This document shows positions 1-14,014 of a stretch of 64,000 nucleotides of DNA, one piece after another. The stretch is from NCBI RefSeq assembly GCF_006345805.1, contig NC_042999.1:24242001-24306000 (forward strand). The letters are read 5' to 3'. The notes beneath the pieces are model-generated. The model saw only the letters and a program-made list of their open reading frames with translations. It was not told the DNA's origin and searched no databases. The translations under genes were made by a program, and so were the position numbers. Numbering within the stretch: position 1 is the first letter of the stretch; the number at the start of each line of letters is the position of its first letter. This stretch comes from Octopus sinensis. Lineage: Eukaryota.

Positions 1-867
1 AATAAAAGAAGATAAATGTTAATTCTCTTCAAATAGATTAGAATGTACTTGAACTACCCCTAACACCTAAAAAAGGATACAAGAGATGAAACCGCTCATG
101 TAAAGCAATGAAAACAAAGTGATTATATATACATATAAACATGTATATATTTACACGCACAGGTGTATAAAAACCAATATTTTAGCGTAAACTAAATAAA
201 CGAATGACTGTAAACTAGTACTAAATAACCTGTCTTTAGGGAAATAAACGGAAGACGTCAGAAATCTGAGGAAAATCTATCTATTTATTAATTAAAGATT
301 ACGTAAGGAAAACCACCCTATTTCCTCTCGAGAAGAAATGACGTGTTATGAGGTTGTAAATGTAAATAATGAACAAGCGATAAAATTATAACCCTTACAT
401 AAGTTTTAACTTGTTTATCGAATTTACAATTGTTGTTGCTTAGCACCTGGTTTGGATTTAGCGGAGCATATAATTCATCAAAGGCATTCTAACCACGAAC
501 ATCATGCCTCATCAGATGTAGGTTTTTATTTTCATTTTGTTTTTTTTATATTTTAACTCAGACTGCATTAACTAGTTCATCCTTCGTTTCCCTGAAGATA
601 ATTTGGTGTGATTTGAAAGAAATTTGACTACCATTTCTTGTAGTCAGAGCAGTCGGACAGAGGTTCCCATATTTGGTTCGTTTCTGTGGTGTAGCTAGAA
701 AAGATGTATTATAAATATCATTCGCGGACTAATTACATTATGTAAAAAAGGAGGTGTTGTGTAAATGCTTAGAAAAAACAGTGACGCTTAAGAACATAAC
801 ATGTAAATTAGTGATTCCGATTTCAATTTTCACCATCGGACCGTTTTCAACTCAAATGCACAAACCT

Positions 868-1070
868 ATTTCTTTACTACCCACAAGGGGGCTAAACACA
901 GAGAGGACAAACAAGGACAGACAAACGGATTAAGTCGATTACATCGACCCCTGTGCGTAACTGGTACTTAATTTATCGACCCCGAAAGGATGAAAGGCGA
1001 AGTCGACCTAGGAGTAATTTGAACTCAGAACGTAACGGCAGACGAAATACGGCTACGCATTTCGCCCGTG
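868..1070 (-). mobile_element. SINE family A copy (tRNA-like head, central GAGGTCGACTTTGCCTTTCATCCTTTCGGGGTCGATAAA domain), head truncated by (TG)n
   Basis: Matches copies at 58830 and 45351. B-box GAGTTCAAAT on minus strand. The central domain resembles the conserved MetaSINE/Sauria-SINE-type segment (from recall, not aligned). Confidence 0.9.
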
Positions 1071-1075
1071 TGTGC

Positions 1076-1118
<43 letters not shown>

Positions 1119-1309
1119 TGTGTATGTGTGTGTTTGTGTGTGTGTATCATATATGTACATGTACGATGCGGACTTAGTTAACCGAAACATTAAAGTCTTG
1201 TTTAAGAATAATAAATGTGTACTCTACAAACGTACAGAGCGCCCATTTAAATTAATGTTAAATTGTTTTTATTACAACTGAACATAAAAAGCAAACATTA
1301 ATATATATA

Positions 1310-1716
1310 AGGCACAGGAGTGGCTGTGTGGTAAGCAGCTCGCTTACCAACCGCTTGGTTCCCGGTTCAGTCCCACCGCGTGGCACCTTGGGCCGACCAA
1401 AGCCTTGTGAGTGGATCTGGTAGACGGAAACTGAAAGAAGACCCTCGTATATATATGTATATATATATATATATATGTGTGGTGTGTGTGTGTGTGTGTG
1501 TGTGTGAGTGTGTGTGTGTGTCTGTGTTTGACCCCCCAACATCGCTTCACAACCGATGCTGGCGTGTTTACGTCCCCGTAACTTAGCGGTTCGGCAAAAG
1601 AGGCTGAGAGAATAAGTACTAGGCTTAAAAAAGAATAAGTCCTGAGGTCGGTTCGCTCGACTAAAGGCGGTGCTCCAGCATGGCCGCAATCAAATGACTG
1701 AAACAAGTAAAAGAGA
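1310..1716 (+). mobile_element. SINE family B (~400 bp, internal TA/TG microsatellite; probably octopus OK-type SINE)
   Basis: A-box TGGCTGTGTGG, B-box-like GGTTCAGTCCC, tail ...ATGACTGAAACAAGTAAAAGA. More than 10 copies in the window. Confidence 0.9.
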
Positions 1717-1718
1717 GT

Positions 1719-1790
<72 letters not shown>

Positions 1791-2025
1791 AGAGAGAGAG
1801 AGAGAGAGAAAGACATGCATGCACACATACACATACGAACAAATATGCGAACACATACCTACATACAATTTGTCAATTAGTTTCTGGATATTTCGTCTTT
1901 ATTTTGCACTTGCATTATAACCAGGTTTTGCCGGGATTAAGTTAGGATTATTAAACAAATCAAGTTCTCTATTTCAAACCAAACTAACATCGACGTCAAA
2001 TTTTGGCGAAATCCTTTGGAATTCC

Positions 2026-2075
<50 letters not shown>

Positions 2076-2204
2076 CATGCGCAACACACACACATACACA
2101 CACAGACACACACACACACACACATCCTGCTTTTTAAATATACAGATTATTATCGCATTAAAAAACTTTCAGATAATGCGAACAGACCGTCTAATAATGG
2201 TATC

Positions 2205-2822
2205 AAATTTTGGCACAAAGCCAGTTATTTTGGGGGAGGGAGAAGTCCACTACAGAGCGCCAGTGCTCAACTGGTACTTATTTAATCGACCTCGAAAGGA
2301 TGAAAGGCAGAATTTGAACTCAGAACGTAAAATCGGAGGAAATACCTATTTCTTTACTACCCACAAGAGGGTAAACACAGAGAGGACAAACAAGGACAGA
2401 CAAACGAATTAAGTCGATTATATCGACCCCAGTGCCTAACTGGTACTTAATTTATCGACCCCGAAAGGATGAAAGGCAAAGTCGACCTTAGCGGAATTTG
2501 AACTCAGAACGTAACGGCAGACGAAATACCTATTTCTTTATTACCCACAAGGGGCTAAACACAGAGGGGACAAACAAGGACAGACATAGGTATTGAGTCG
2601 ATTACATCGACCCCAGTGCGTAACTGGTACTTAATTTATCGACTCCAAAAGGATGAAAGGCAAAGTCGACCTCGGCGGAATTTGAACTCACAACGTAACG
2701 CAGACGAAATACCGCAAAGCATTTCGCCCGGCGTGCTAACGTTTCTGTCAGCTCGCCGGCCTGAAACGGAAGAAATACCGTTAAGCGCTTTGCCCGCTGC
2801 GCTGACGGTTCTGCCAGCTCTC
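2205..2822 (-). mobile_element. SINE family A tandem array (two 184-bp-type units plus a degenerate older copy and a duplicated head)
   Basis: Repeated CTGGTACTTA..TCGAC..GAAAGGATGAAAGGC blocks at ~2270, 2440 and 2625. Confidence 0.9.
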
Positions 2823-3979
2823 CACACACAAACCTTCTAATATTGATCCTTAAGAATGTATGAGAGCAAAGAATATGGGTTGTTTGATTGTTAAGGTCGG
2901 TGTTTTGAGTAGCTGTAATATCTGATGGGAATTATGTGTTTGTGTGATCGTTTAAGTGGATTCCTGTTTTTGTTTACGTTTGAGTAAGTATTAAGTCGAA
3001 CTGAAAGCGGTTAACGTGTGAATTTCCTACAAAAAGGAAGAAAAATTAAAATATTTTCCTTTGCGATTTTCCGAAGGTAAGGTAAGCAAGAGAGAAGAGA
3101 AGACATAGTTATTGAAAAATTGTATATTCATTAAAGTGGGTAAACAGAAGAAAATTACTATACAAGAAAGAACACCGACAATTTAAGGTGTGAAATAGGA
3201 TTTCAAAGCGAAGCGATCACTTTGAATTTCCTGTTATAGCTGTTTGTATGTTCCCAATGCAATAATGTATATTGTTTTGACGTCATGCAGAAAGCTGTTC
3301 AAAGACCCAACATGTTCTGTTTTGAGTTTTGTTTAGTCATCAAAGCTATGGCCATGCTGGAGTATGTGCTGGAATTGTGTTGTTTTAATAGATTTTTTAG
3401 AAATTAATTGCCGCAAAATTTTTAAACAAGCGAGTCTGTGGTAACTACCTTCCGTAGTTATATCCTTCGTTAGATGCTTAACTTGAGGAACTAGGAAGAA
3501 GTGAAGAAGTGGCCCGAGATAACCTTCAACGGTGCCATGGAAATTAAGGGTACATAATTTTTTGGGGGTTATATAACAGCAGATATTCGATGCAAAATTA
3601 TTTCAGTATAGACACGTGATTCAAGATTGTTGAGTAAGAAGGTGAGGCGATTCCCAGAGTTACGTTCGATTCCTCTAATTCTTTTTAATACACACAAGAA
3701 GCAGCCTAAGATTACAAAACCAGAATGTATAACATATATGATATGTATACAAACGTGAAACAATACTAGTTATAACAAGTTGTACCAGAGAAAAATCTCA
3801 GAGAGTTATGCTCTAAGTACAAAGTTTAGCATAGCATGCAGGCAGATGACTAGACGCTGTGTTTCGACTTTATTTGGTCGTTTTACTTCCTGTGACATAA
3901 ATGGAAGAAAGACCATTAAAAATCTACCCACAATGGATTGGATATCAGTTCTGTAATTTGTAATACAATTATTCTTAAA

Positions 3980-4372
3980 CTAGCAGTATCGCCCGGCGTT
4001 GCTCGGGTTTGTTTCGACCCTTTAGAATTGGAATTTTTGAAAAGTAAAAGTTTTGCATTATGTAGCTTGTTATTCTCTTTAAGTTAACATTTTTCTGGTT
4101 GAAATACACCGAAAAATGGCGACACAGCAGTCAAAAAATCGTAAAAAATAGGGATTTTCATAGAAAAAAAAGCAACTTTTTGATGTAAATAATTTTTTAT
4201 GTTAACATGGTCTGATTTGAATTTTTTCTTCTACGGAAGGAAGAGCAAGCCTTCTTCTATCATACTTTCAATTTTGGTCAACTTGCGCCGCAGGGTCCCG
4301 AAGGAGATAGTGTTAGTTCAAGGCTATCAAACCTGCCATACACAGACAACTTCAGCTTTATATATAGAGAGA
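3980..4372 (-). mobile_element. Non-autonomous Helitron
   Basis: On minus strand it starts A|TC and ends with hairpin CCCGAGCAACGCCGGG followed by CTAG|T. No TSD. Second copy at 14465. Confidence 0.85.
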
Positions 4373-4894
4373 TTGCTAAAATATCTTATATAAGAAAAGG
4401 AAACTCAGATAGTTCTGGCAGAAGTTTTTTCTTTTTTCTTTTCTCGAAGGATAAACCATATGTTCGAAGATTTCGACAGAAGTTGTGTAAAACGTCTGAA
4501 TTCACCAGTCTTCATACCATCTGAGCTAATTTTACGAATTTATTTACTGTTTCTCGTGGATGCACATCAACACAGTTTTCTAAGATTTTAGTCCTTCTTT
4601 CAATGTCAATTGAATTAATGCCTGAATGTCTTACCAACTTTTCGAGCTGTACCTATTTCGTTATTTCCATATACCATAACGTTGAATATTAATACTGACA
4701 CTAAGCGTTAACATAGCATTAACCCTTTCAATGAGATAAAGAACGACGCCACTACGATCTCAAGGTTACAAACAAGATAGTATATGACTCAGAAAAAGTA
4801 GTTCCCATAAAACAATTCGGTATCACATCGTGTTCTAAGCATTATCGGGTTCCATCCGGTTGTTGAAATATTGAAATATCAAGCATACACAAAA

Positions 4895-4956
<62 letters not shown>

Positions 4957-5101
4957 ACACACACACAAACAAACAAACAAACACACACACACTCACAATC
5001 ACGCACGCGTTTATATACATCTGTAAATGCATATAGATACTATGTGTGTGTATATATATATATATATGTATGTGTTTATATATATATAAATATGTATATA
5101 C

Positions 5102-5140
<39 letters not shown>

Positions 5141-5173
5141 CATATATATATACGTATATATATATGCATATAC

Positions 5174-5224
<51 letters not shown>

Positions 5225-5226
5225 GT

Positions 5227-5258
<32 letters not shown>

Positions 5259-5649
5259 AACAAGGGTACTGCTTGAGCACCTGCATCGCTAAAAATAGAA
5301 GTAAAAACTATTTCTATGCTGCGGAATAGTCATACACACACACACATACATACACATATACACATACACACATACACACACATACACATGCACTCACTTC
5401 CTCATTGTTTCTATTTCGGTGAATATCCTCATTTAGTAATATTAGACATTTAATAAGAGTTTTATTTAGCTGCCAACTCTCTTTCCAATACGCATGCGCG
5501 CACGCACACACATCATACACATCACATCTATACATGGACATACACATGTATAATTGTTTTTAACAGTGGCTTTGAGTAGTGATGTAGTGCATTATTATGT
5601 TAAAATGAACGAATAGAACCCACATGTAACTTTATTCATATCTATAAAT

Positions 5650-6030
5650 AGGCGCAGGAGTGGCTGTGTGGTAAGTAGTTTGCATACCAACCACATGGTT
5701 CCAGGTTCAGTCCCTCTGCGTAGCATCTTGGGCAAATGTCTTCTGCTATAACCTAGGGCCGACCAAAGCCTTGTGAGTGGATTTTGTAGATGGAAACTGA
5801 AAGAAGCCCGTCGTATATATGTATATATATGTGTGTGTGTAAGTTTGTATGTCTGCGCTTGTCCCCCTAGCATTACTTAACAACCGATGCTGGTGTGCTT
5901 ATGTCCCCGTCACATAGCGGTTCGGCAAAAGAGACCGCTAGAATAAGTACTAGGCTTACAAAGAATAAGTCTCGAGGTCGATTTGCTCGACTAAAGGCGG
6001 TGCTCCAGTAAAAGAGTAAAAGAGTAGAGT
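5650..6030 (+). mobile_element. SINE family B copy
   Basis: Homologous to 1310-1716. Confidence 0.9.
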
Positions 6031-6591
6031 AAATATGGCGTGAAATTGAGTCGTTAGTGTCACAGATAGATTGCTTTACCCGAAATCTTCCGGCTTTCTG
6101 TATTTTGAGCTTGAATTCCGCTGAGGTAAGCTTTTGTATTCCATCTTTCCAGGGTCTATAGATAGAGTATCAATTTAGTACTTGAATCAATTCGTTCGTT
6201 CGTTCCTTCATTCTTTCCTTCGTTCCTTCCTCCTTTCTTGTTTGCTTCTCCTTGTAGAAGCAATCTGCTGTGGTGATCCATCGGAAGAGAGAAACTGCAC
6301 CAGGTCTAAAATTGCTCAATGAGTTGAGCAATTAAAGCAAAGGAATACATCTCATATGCCTATCCAAATGTGGGTGTCAATATATTAGCCTCATGATTGT
6401 CAGGTCGTTGGTTCGAATCTCTGACTGACCGGTGTGTTGTGTACTTGGGTACGACACTTCATTTCATGAGGTGTCAGTCTATACAGTTAAACGTGAACCA
6501 GCCCATACTGGTGCAGTTCATTTCCTCACACAGGTGTCACATCCTCCATGTTCTAGTAGAGTTAGAAGTAGGAGCGATGAAAGCTGTTATG

Positions 6592-7093
6592 TCAATTCGC
6601 GACAGTGATAATGGACTGAGCTGAACCGCAACTAATCTGCACATCCTCTGATAACTCATGGATGGTGATTCGACGATTTCCCCTCACAGCTACACACATA
6701 TTTGTGATGTTTTTCTCACTTCTGCTGGTTGCGGATCTCCCAGAATGTTCGTCAATATCGAGATTTTTCGGCCATCTTGGAAACGTCTGAACCACTCGTA
6801 CACTTGTGTGCGGCTCATACCCTCCTTTCCTTACACTTTCTGCAACATTGCGTCGGCCAATGAGCATGTATCACCACCATGACAACTTTCCTGTCATGGT
6901 CAATGCGACGATCACACGCTACACCACGTTCCTTTCAAGCATTGCTGTAAATTGCGAAAGTGAGCTAGAACGTTAAAACTTAGTGCGTATGCACAGCGAA
7001 AGTACCAGGCCAATCTGTACCAAGCGACTTTCACTTTGAATTTTTAGCTTCATTGCTATGGCAGCATTCGGATACTTGTTGATCAACCTCGTA
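6592..7093 (-). pseudogene. Mariner-family transposon 5' fragment (HTH region)
   Basis: Translation ...DEHSGRSATS...VRGNRRITIHELSEDVQISCGSAQSII is typical of a mariner N-terminus. TIR-like end ...TTGATCAACCTCG|TA at 7080-7093. Confidence 0.75.
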
Positions 7094-7577
7094 TATATCG
7101 TTGCTATTATGTTAAACTGTCGTATGTCCAAATTTAGCCAAATGCCTTTTCTTCAATTTTAATTTGGCTTGCAATAGCCGGTCAAACTTTTGGTCAACTA
7201 TCGTATCCCCACCTGCTTCAGATGCCAAGATATCAAAAATTGGTAAAGTTTAGTACAACAGTTTTACTATGGGATGGTGAAATTATGTTTTCGTTTACTA
7301 AAAAAACAGCGTTTTGGACTTACGACACTTTTGCATAATAGCAACGCTATATATCGGGATTTAAGTATGTATAAGTGTGTAACTCTATGCTTTTCTGTAT
7401 AAAGTTCTTTTTTAAAAAAAAATGCATTAACATCAATTTACAAGCAACTAAATTACATCTAAAAAGCAAGAAAATACTCCATTAAGTGAGCACACTTGTG
7501 CTGGTTGTGTTTGTACACACGCTAATATGTATTTTCGTTGGAAACTTATTAACCGACTTTTCTTTCTTATTCTCTGC

Positions 7578-7725
7578 TGACGTCATTTCAATTAACAAAA
7601 GCGAAATCGCCTGATTTCATTTCTAACCAAGACGTAGTGGACAACGTATTCAATTGCACTTCCGGTTTGTTCATTCTCTACGGTCGACATTGTGTACAGC
7701 GTAGTATTCTGATTGGTAGCAACAG
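7578..7725. promoter_or_regulatory. Candidate Pol II promoter/enhancer motif cluster
   Basis: CRE TGACGTCA at 7578, ETS/GABP CACTTCCGGT at 7657 and CCAAT box (CTGATTGGT) at 7709, in non-repetitive sequence. Confidence 0.45.
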
Positions 7726-7921
7726 CTCCGTGTGGTTGTTCGCTTTACTAACAATCTCAGCTAACAGAAAAAGGAGAAGAAAAAAATTGGAAGAAGAAGG
7801 GGCTAAAATTTATTAGAAAAACAGAAAAAAGGTTAAGCTATAGATACTTCTTGCTTTTATTGCAAAACATGTGGAGTGAGGTATTCTTCACGAATGGTGT
7901 AATGAGTGTGTGTATGTGTGT

Positions 7922-7953
<32 letters not shown>

Positions 7954-8032
7954 GTGTGTCGCATATGTGCGTGCGTTCGTTTTGTGTACGTGCGTGTGTG
8001 TATGTATGTAATGTTTTATATAGATGTATATG

Positions 8033-8071
<39 letters not shown>

Positions 8072-8312
8072 GGTATATATGTATATACATATGCATGTAT
8101 ACACCATATACATATAATGTTATATGTGTGTGTTAGTGTGTGTGTATATACATGTATATATACATATATATACGTAGACGTAGAAACACATGGATATATG
8201 GTCTTTATTTATTTATTTCCCCCTCTCTTACTTCTCTATCAATATTTAATATATACTTCATATGTGTATACATACATACATGCATACATACATACATACA
8301 TACATACATACA

Positions 8313-8345
<33 letters not shown>

Positions 8346-8376
8346 GTGTGTGTGTATACATATACATATAGTATAT

Positions 8377-8476
8377 NNNNNNNNNNNNNNNNNNNNNNNN
8401 NNNNNNNNNNNNNNNNNNNNNNNNNNNNNNNNNNNNNNNNNNNNNNNNNNNNNNNNNNNNNNNNNNNNNNNNNNNN
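8377..8476. other. Assembly gap (100 N) between microsatellite blocks
   Basis: N run. Confidence 1.
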
Positions 8477-8512
8477 TGATGGTGGTGGTGGTGGTGGTGG
8501 TGGTGGTGGGGG

Positions 8513-8558
<46 letters not shown>

Positions 8559-8621
8559 ACTGCATCAGGGCAGCTATTATTATCATTATTATTATATTAT
8601 TATTATTATTATTATTATTAT

Positions 8622-8684
<63 letters not shown>

Positions 8685-8693
8685 CAGTAGTAG
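8477..8693. repeat. Compound trinucleotide microsatellite (GGT)(GAT)(TAT)(AGT)
   Basis: Direct reading. Confidence 0.95.
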
Positions 8694-9345
8694 TTCGTAC
8701 TGGGGGAAAAAAAAACTGTTCGTGTCTTTTGCTGCCTCCCGTTTTACCAGAACGTTTTTGATGTTAATAATTTTGAGGTTTAGTTATATAATTCACTTGT
8801 CATTCCACTCATATTCGTGTTCTTATATTCTGCTGTAGATGGAATGAGTTCTTACTCTAATCAGCGTATCTCTCTGTTCGTGACAAGTTAATTTCTTGTG
8901 TCATTTCTTTAACTGCCCTCTTCGTATAGTCATTTAATTAATATCTATTCTCGCCTATAATATTAAAATTTCCAATTATAAATGTGTTCTGCAGTATCTG
9001 TTTATTGTTCCTTAATCACCATTTAATTCTTCGTTGATTGTTTTTTCTTTAATTCTTCCACTTGAATAACTGCGATGACAAGTGACACGTTATTAAGTTA
9101 TTTCCGTTGTTTACAAAATTATATCTTATGCAAGACCTTTCCCACCTATGAACCGCTTCAAAACTTCACAACCGCAAAATTAGCATCATATTTTCACAAT
9201 TAACACGAAAGGGCCTCTCAATTAACATTATTATATTCACGGTTTCATCCCGTTTATGTTAATAATTAAAAATTCATAATTTATTTTTCTGTTCATAATT
9301 GCAAAGGCTCCTTCCTACTTAATATCATCAACATCTTATTTGCAG

Positions 9346-9574
9346 ATAGTCTGTCAGCATCAACGCTGATTACATTCACAAGAAATTTTCTGCTTCAAAT
9401 AGCACGAACTGCTCTGACTTTTACAGAATGTATTCACTAGCTTTGAGCAATAACAGTCGCCATTACTAATTTACATTCATTTCGATATTAAACAAACGCC
9501 TCAACTACGGGAGATATGTCTGGTGTTGGAAAGGCTATTAAAGATGCAATATGTGAAGTAAATGGGTCTCGACA
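9346..9574 (+). other. Candidate exon (possible 5'UTR plus short ATG-initiated segment MSGVGKAIKDAICEVNGSR)
   Basis: Acceptor TCTTATTTGCAG| at 9345, donor |GTAAGC at 9575, ATG at 9516, unique sequence. No homolog recognised. Confidence 0.35.
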
Positions 9575-9782
9575 GTAAGCTATATACATACACCCATGCA
9601 TGTGTACATGCACGGACATATATGCATAAACACATACATACATAAATACTACATATAATACTTATATATATGTACATATATGCTATATTATATATATATA
9701 TATAATATATATTATATGTATATATATATGTATATATATATATATTATGTATTATGTGTGCATTGTGTGTATTATGTATATT

Positions 9783-10003
9783 CGCTGCTTTCTTCCAAGG
9801 AATCTAATACTCTTAGCTGGCCAGATTGGAGCAATCTCAAGAATAATCGCGAAATTGCGAGGATAATCTGGTGCTTGACTGAAGAAAGAAAACTTCGAAT
9901 GACCCGTCCTTGTTTTCTTGTATCGCGTATCTGGATATTTTTGTTGTCCCTTTTTGTATCACCTAGTTGTCCGGATGTTTTGCGTTCTTGTTCCATTGTG
10001 TAG
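9783..10003 (+). mobile_element. Repeat fragment inside TA microsatellite, probable Penelope-like element terminal piece
   Basis: Diverged relative in opposite orientation at ~28515-28710. Contains hammerhead-like CTGAAGA and GAAA words. Confidence 0.5.
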
Positions 10004-10016
10004 TCTATATATATGT

Positions 10017-10062
<46 letters not shown>

Positions 10063-10077
10063 ATATAGAATATATGT

Positions 10078-10458
10078 AGGCGCAGGAGTTTCTGTGTATT
10101 AAGAAGCTTGCTTAGCAACCACCTGGTTCCGGGTTCAGTCCCACTGCGTGACACTTGGCTAGTGTTTTTATTATAACCTCAGGCCGACCAAAGCCTAGTG
10201 AGTGGATTTGGTAAATGGAAAACTGGAAGATGCCCGTCGTATATATGTGTGTATATGTATGTATGTATTCCCCTCCCACCATTGCTCGACTACCGATGCT
10301 GGTTTGTTTACGTCCTTGTAACTTAGCGGTTCGGCAAAAAACTGATAGTATAAGTACTAGGCTTACAAAGAGTAAGTCCTGGGGTCGATTTGTTCAACTA
10401 AAGGCGGTGCTCAAGCATGGCCGTAGTCAAATGACTGAAACAAGCAAAAGAATAAAGA
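10078..10458 (+). mobile_element. SINE family B copy
   Basis: Homologous to 1310-1716. Confidence 0.9.
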
Positions 10459-11943
10459 ATATATACATAAATATATATAGAAAGAGAGAGAGAGAGAGAG
10501 AGAGTGAGTGAGAGAGGGAGAGAGTACATGTGTGTCTGTGTGTTTGTATGCGAACGTATAAGTACTCAAATGTTCGTATTTTATGAAAAAAATTCAGAAT
10601 ACTTAATGTTTGGTCAAAAATATTTTATGTAAACTGTATACTTTAACAAGGAAAAGAATTGAATCTAAATATACATTAGACAATGAGCACCAAAAGAAGA
10701 TAACACGGTTGGGGCAAGTTTACATCGACCTCAGTGTTCAACTGGTACTTATTTTATAGAACCCGAAAGGATGAAAAGCAAAGTTGATCTTAATAGAATT
10801 TGGACTCAAAACGCAAGGACGGACGAAATGTCGCTAAACAGTTTTCCCAGTATGCTAACTCAAAATCAGATTTAAAAAGAAGTCCTAAACAGAAGGCCAT
10901 TGTATGCAAGACTATGGCATAACACTTAAGAAACTGACCGCATTTGATGCTATATCCCCATCCTACCCAAAACAAAAAACGTATCGAAAATCACTCTGGG
11001 TCTTATATGCAACTTTGGTCCACCCACGAGCTATAATTGTTTCCTGAATATGCGCTGCTGGAATCGGCGTGTGTCTAATATGCCGGTGTATCTTTTATGC
11101 CGTAAAATACGATATATCATTACTGCAACAAGTACGCATTAAATTTGTCCAGGGACAGTATACATATAACTATAATTCTCAGAGAATGGAACTTCTTATA
11201 AAGTACTTAATTTGCGTAAATAGTCAACGGAAAGACAGCAAAAAATCACCATGAAAAGGACACTTCTAGAAATAGATGTCAATGATGAGTTGTGCACTGG
11301 TTGGAGCATTTCAAAGCTTGCTCCAAACGAGTAAGAAATTATGCTGGTTCTATGGGGAACATATGTTCTCAGCTGTTTCGATTTAGACTAATATTCATGT
11401 ATATGGTCTGTAAAGTTATTGAATTAATGGCAGAACTACAAACAATGCCATGACAATAAACAATGAAAATAGACTTAATGCATAGATGACATAGTGTGAG
11501 AAGCTGAAATCGCTAAGTCTATATTCCCTGAAGCGAAGACAAGAAAGATAATAATTTATGTATAGAAGACCCAGATAGGGCTAGCACCAATCTTTGATGT
11601 TCACAACTATGATAGTCATCAAATTAGTCGAGCCTGCATCAACTCAGATATCCAAACCTCCATATCAAGAGACAGGAATGGAGGAAAATTTATTCAAAAA
11701 ACACCTGGATATAGTACTACTGATAAATCAACGAGAGGGCAATGTTATCAAACTCTTTCACGAAAAAAAATAACTAAGTGTACACGGAAAAGTGTATTAA
11801 TAGTAGTAATAATATAGGCAGTGCCCAGCATTGCCACTACTCCTCGGTGAACTTTCGAAAGAGGACAGCCGTTTCCATTTCTCCCTCTCTCTCTCTTCCT
11901 CTCCCCTTTCCTCTTTCTCTCGCTCTCTCTTTCTGTCTGTATG

Positions 11944-12007
<64 letters not shown>

Positions 12008-12138
12008 TTATATGTATGTATATATTATATATGTATGTATGTATGTATATTATATATATATATATCTATATATATATATGTATGTATATATATATGTATA
12101 TGTATATATATAAATATATATATATGTATATGTATATA

Positions 12139-12181
<43 letters not shown>

Positions 12182-13969
12182 TCACATAGGCATCCCCTCC
12201 GCATGTATACATACATACATACATACATACATACATACATACATACATACATACATACATACATACATTTATATATATATATATATATATATACATAGTA
12301 CATACGTTTAGATACTCACGGAGATAAATAGATAGAGAGAGAGAATGAGAGATGATATATATATATATATATGTTTATATATGTATATATATGTATTAAC
12401 ATCTGTGGGTGCCTATGTACGTGCAAGGTTTTTTGTCTGTTTGATTTATCATGCATTGCTCATCAGGATGTTTACATCCGTTCACGCGTACAACTGCAAG
12501 TGAATGCAAACGGTACAATAACATCTAAATAAAAGTTAAAATAAGAAGATAAACAGTTCTTGAGCAGAGAAAACATGAACAGTTAGATTTCAATAAACAG
12601 ACTTCTAACGATAAAAGGTCGTTCGTTATCGGCATTATATAGCGTGTGTGCGTGTGTGCATGTGCATGTGCGTGTGTGTGTGTGTATACAGGAGCACACT
12701 CATATATATACTCACGTATATGTTTATATTATGGTGTGTATGTCTGTGCGTATGTTTGTGTGCCTGTATATATGTATTCGACCCATGCATGCCGAGAATT
12801 TTACAAACGTTGGAGTGTATACACGCACACACACTGATACCCATATATGCATATATATCGTTTTCTGTGTGTTGAAATGCGTATAAATATATATATATAT
12901 ATATTTGTGAGTGCGTGTCTGTATATACAGATATACATTCTGTCTTCTCTGCAATTCTGAGGTATTTTTCATTATTTTTTCTAAAATACTCTAGTAAACA
13001 CGGTTATAGAGCGAGTATACAGATGTAAGTATTGGCAAAAACATACGTTTAGTGCATATAAGTAGTCTCTATCATTATATATAATTTAAACTTTAATTTC
13101 CTTTATATTTAACATTCACTATTAATATCCCTACTCTTTCTGTTAGCTACTTATGACGTTATATCATATTACGTTTTTTTAAACAATAGTAATAGCGTTC
13201 TGTCTTCGCTATACAAATCCATCATTTTTTTTCTAAAATGTCGTATTGACAAGTTTCGTTTTTTGTTCACTTTCCCGAAGAGAAGATTGCATTGTTTATA
13301 CCATTTATTCTTTTGAATAGTATCAGTGGAATTTCGAAACATGTGTCGAAATAAAAAAATTTGATTACACCTGCTTAACTCCATTTTTATTCATATTATT
13401 CAAATATTCAACGTAACACGAAGTTTCTACCTTTATAAATAAGGAGTTACAACACCTTTACTTATGAGATTTTTGCTGCCCTGGTAACTATTTATTTATT
13501 TTTTCCGTGTTAATTGTTAACAAGGTAAAAAATACTCATCTATTTATATATATATATAATATATATATATATAGATATATATAAATATATGTGTGTGGTG
13601 TTGTGTGTGTGTGTGTGGTGTGTGTTGTGTGTGTGTGTGTGTGTTGTGTTTTTGTGTGTGTGTTGTATATATGTATGTATATATTAGAAGAAATGAGGTA
13701 CTCAGAAATTCGGATGGTTTTATATTTACAGATATTTATTAGTATGTCACATGTTTTATACATCATATATCATATATTATAGCACTTTCGTCCATTCTAG
13801 TGGAATTTCAAATTGATCTAAGTTATATATATAGTATATATATATATATCAATATATATATATCAATATATATATCAATATATATATATATTTATATATA
13901 TATATATATATTATATATATATATATATATATACATATATATATACATATTATATATATTATATATACA

Positions 13970-14014
<45 letters not shown>

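Noticed and set aside
470-520. CTGATGA-GGCAT...ATGCC on minus strand as a hammerhead
   Set aside because: Stem II is present but not followed by GAAA or stem III.
3062-3087. GAAG|GTAAG|GTAAGC as recursive site or microexon
   Set aside because: AAG acceptor and interrupted pyrimidine tract are weak. At most a donor site.
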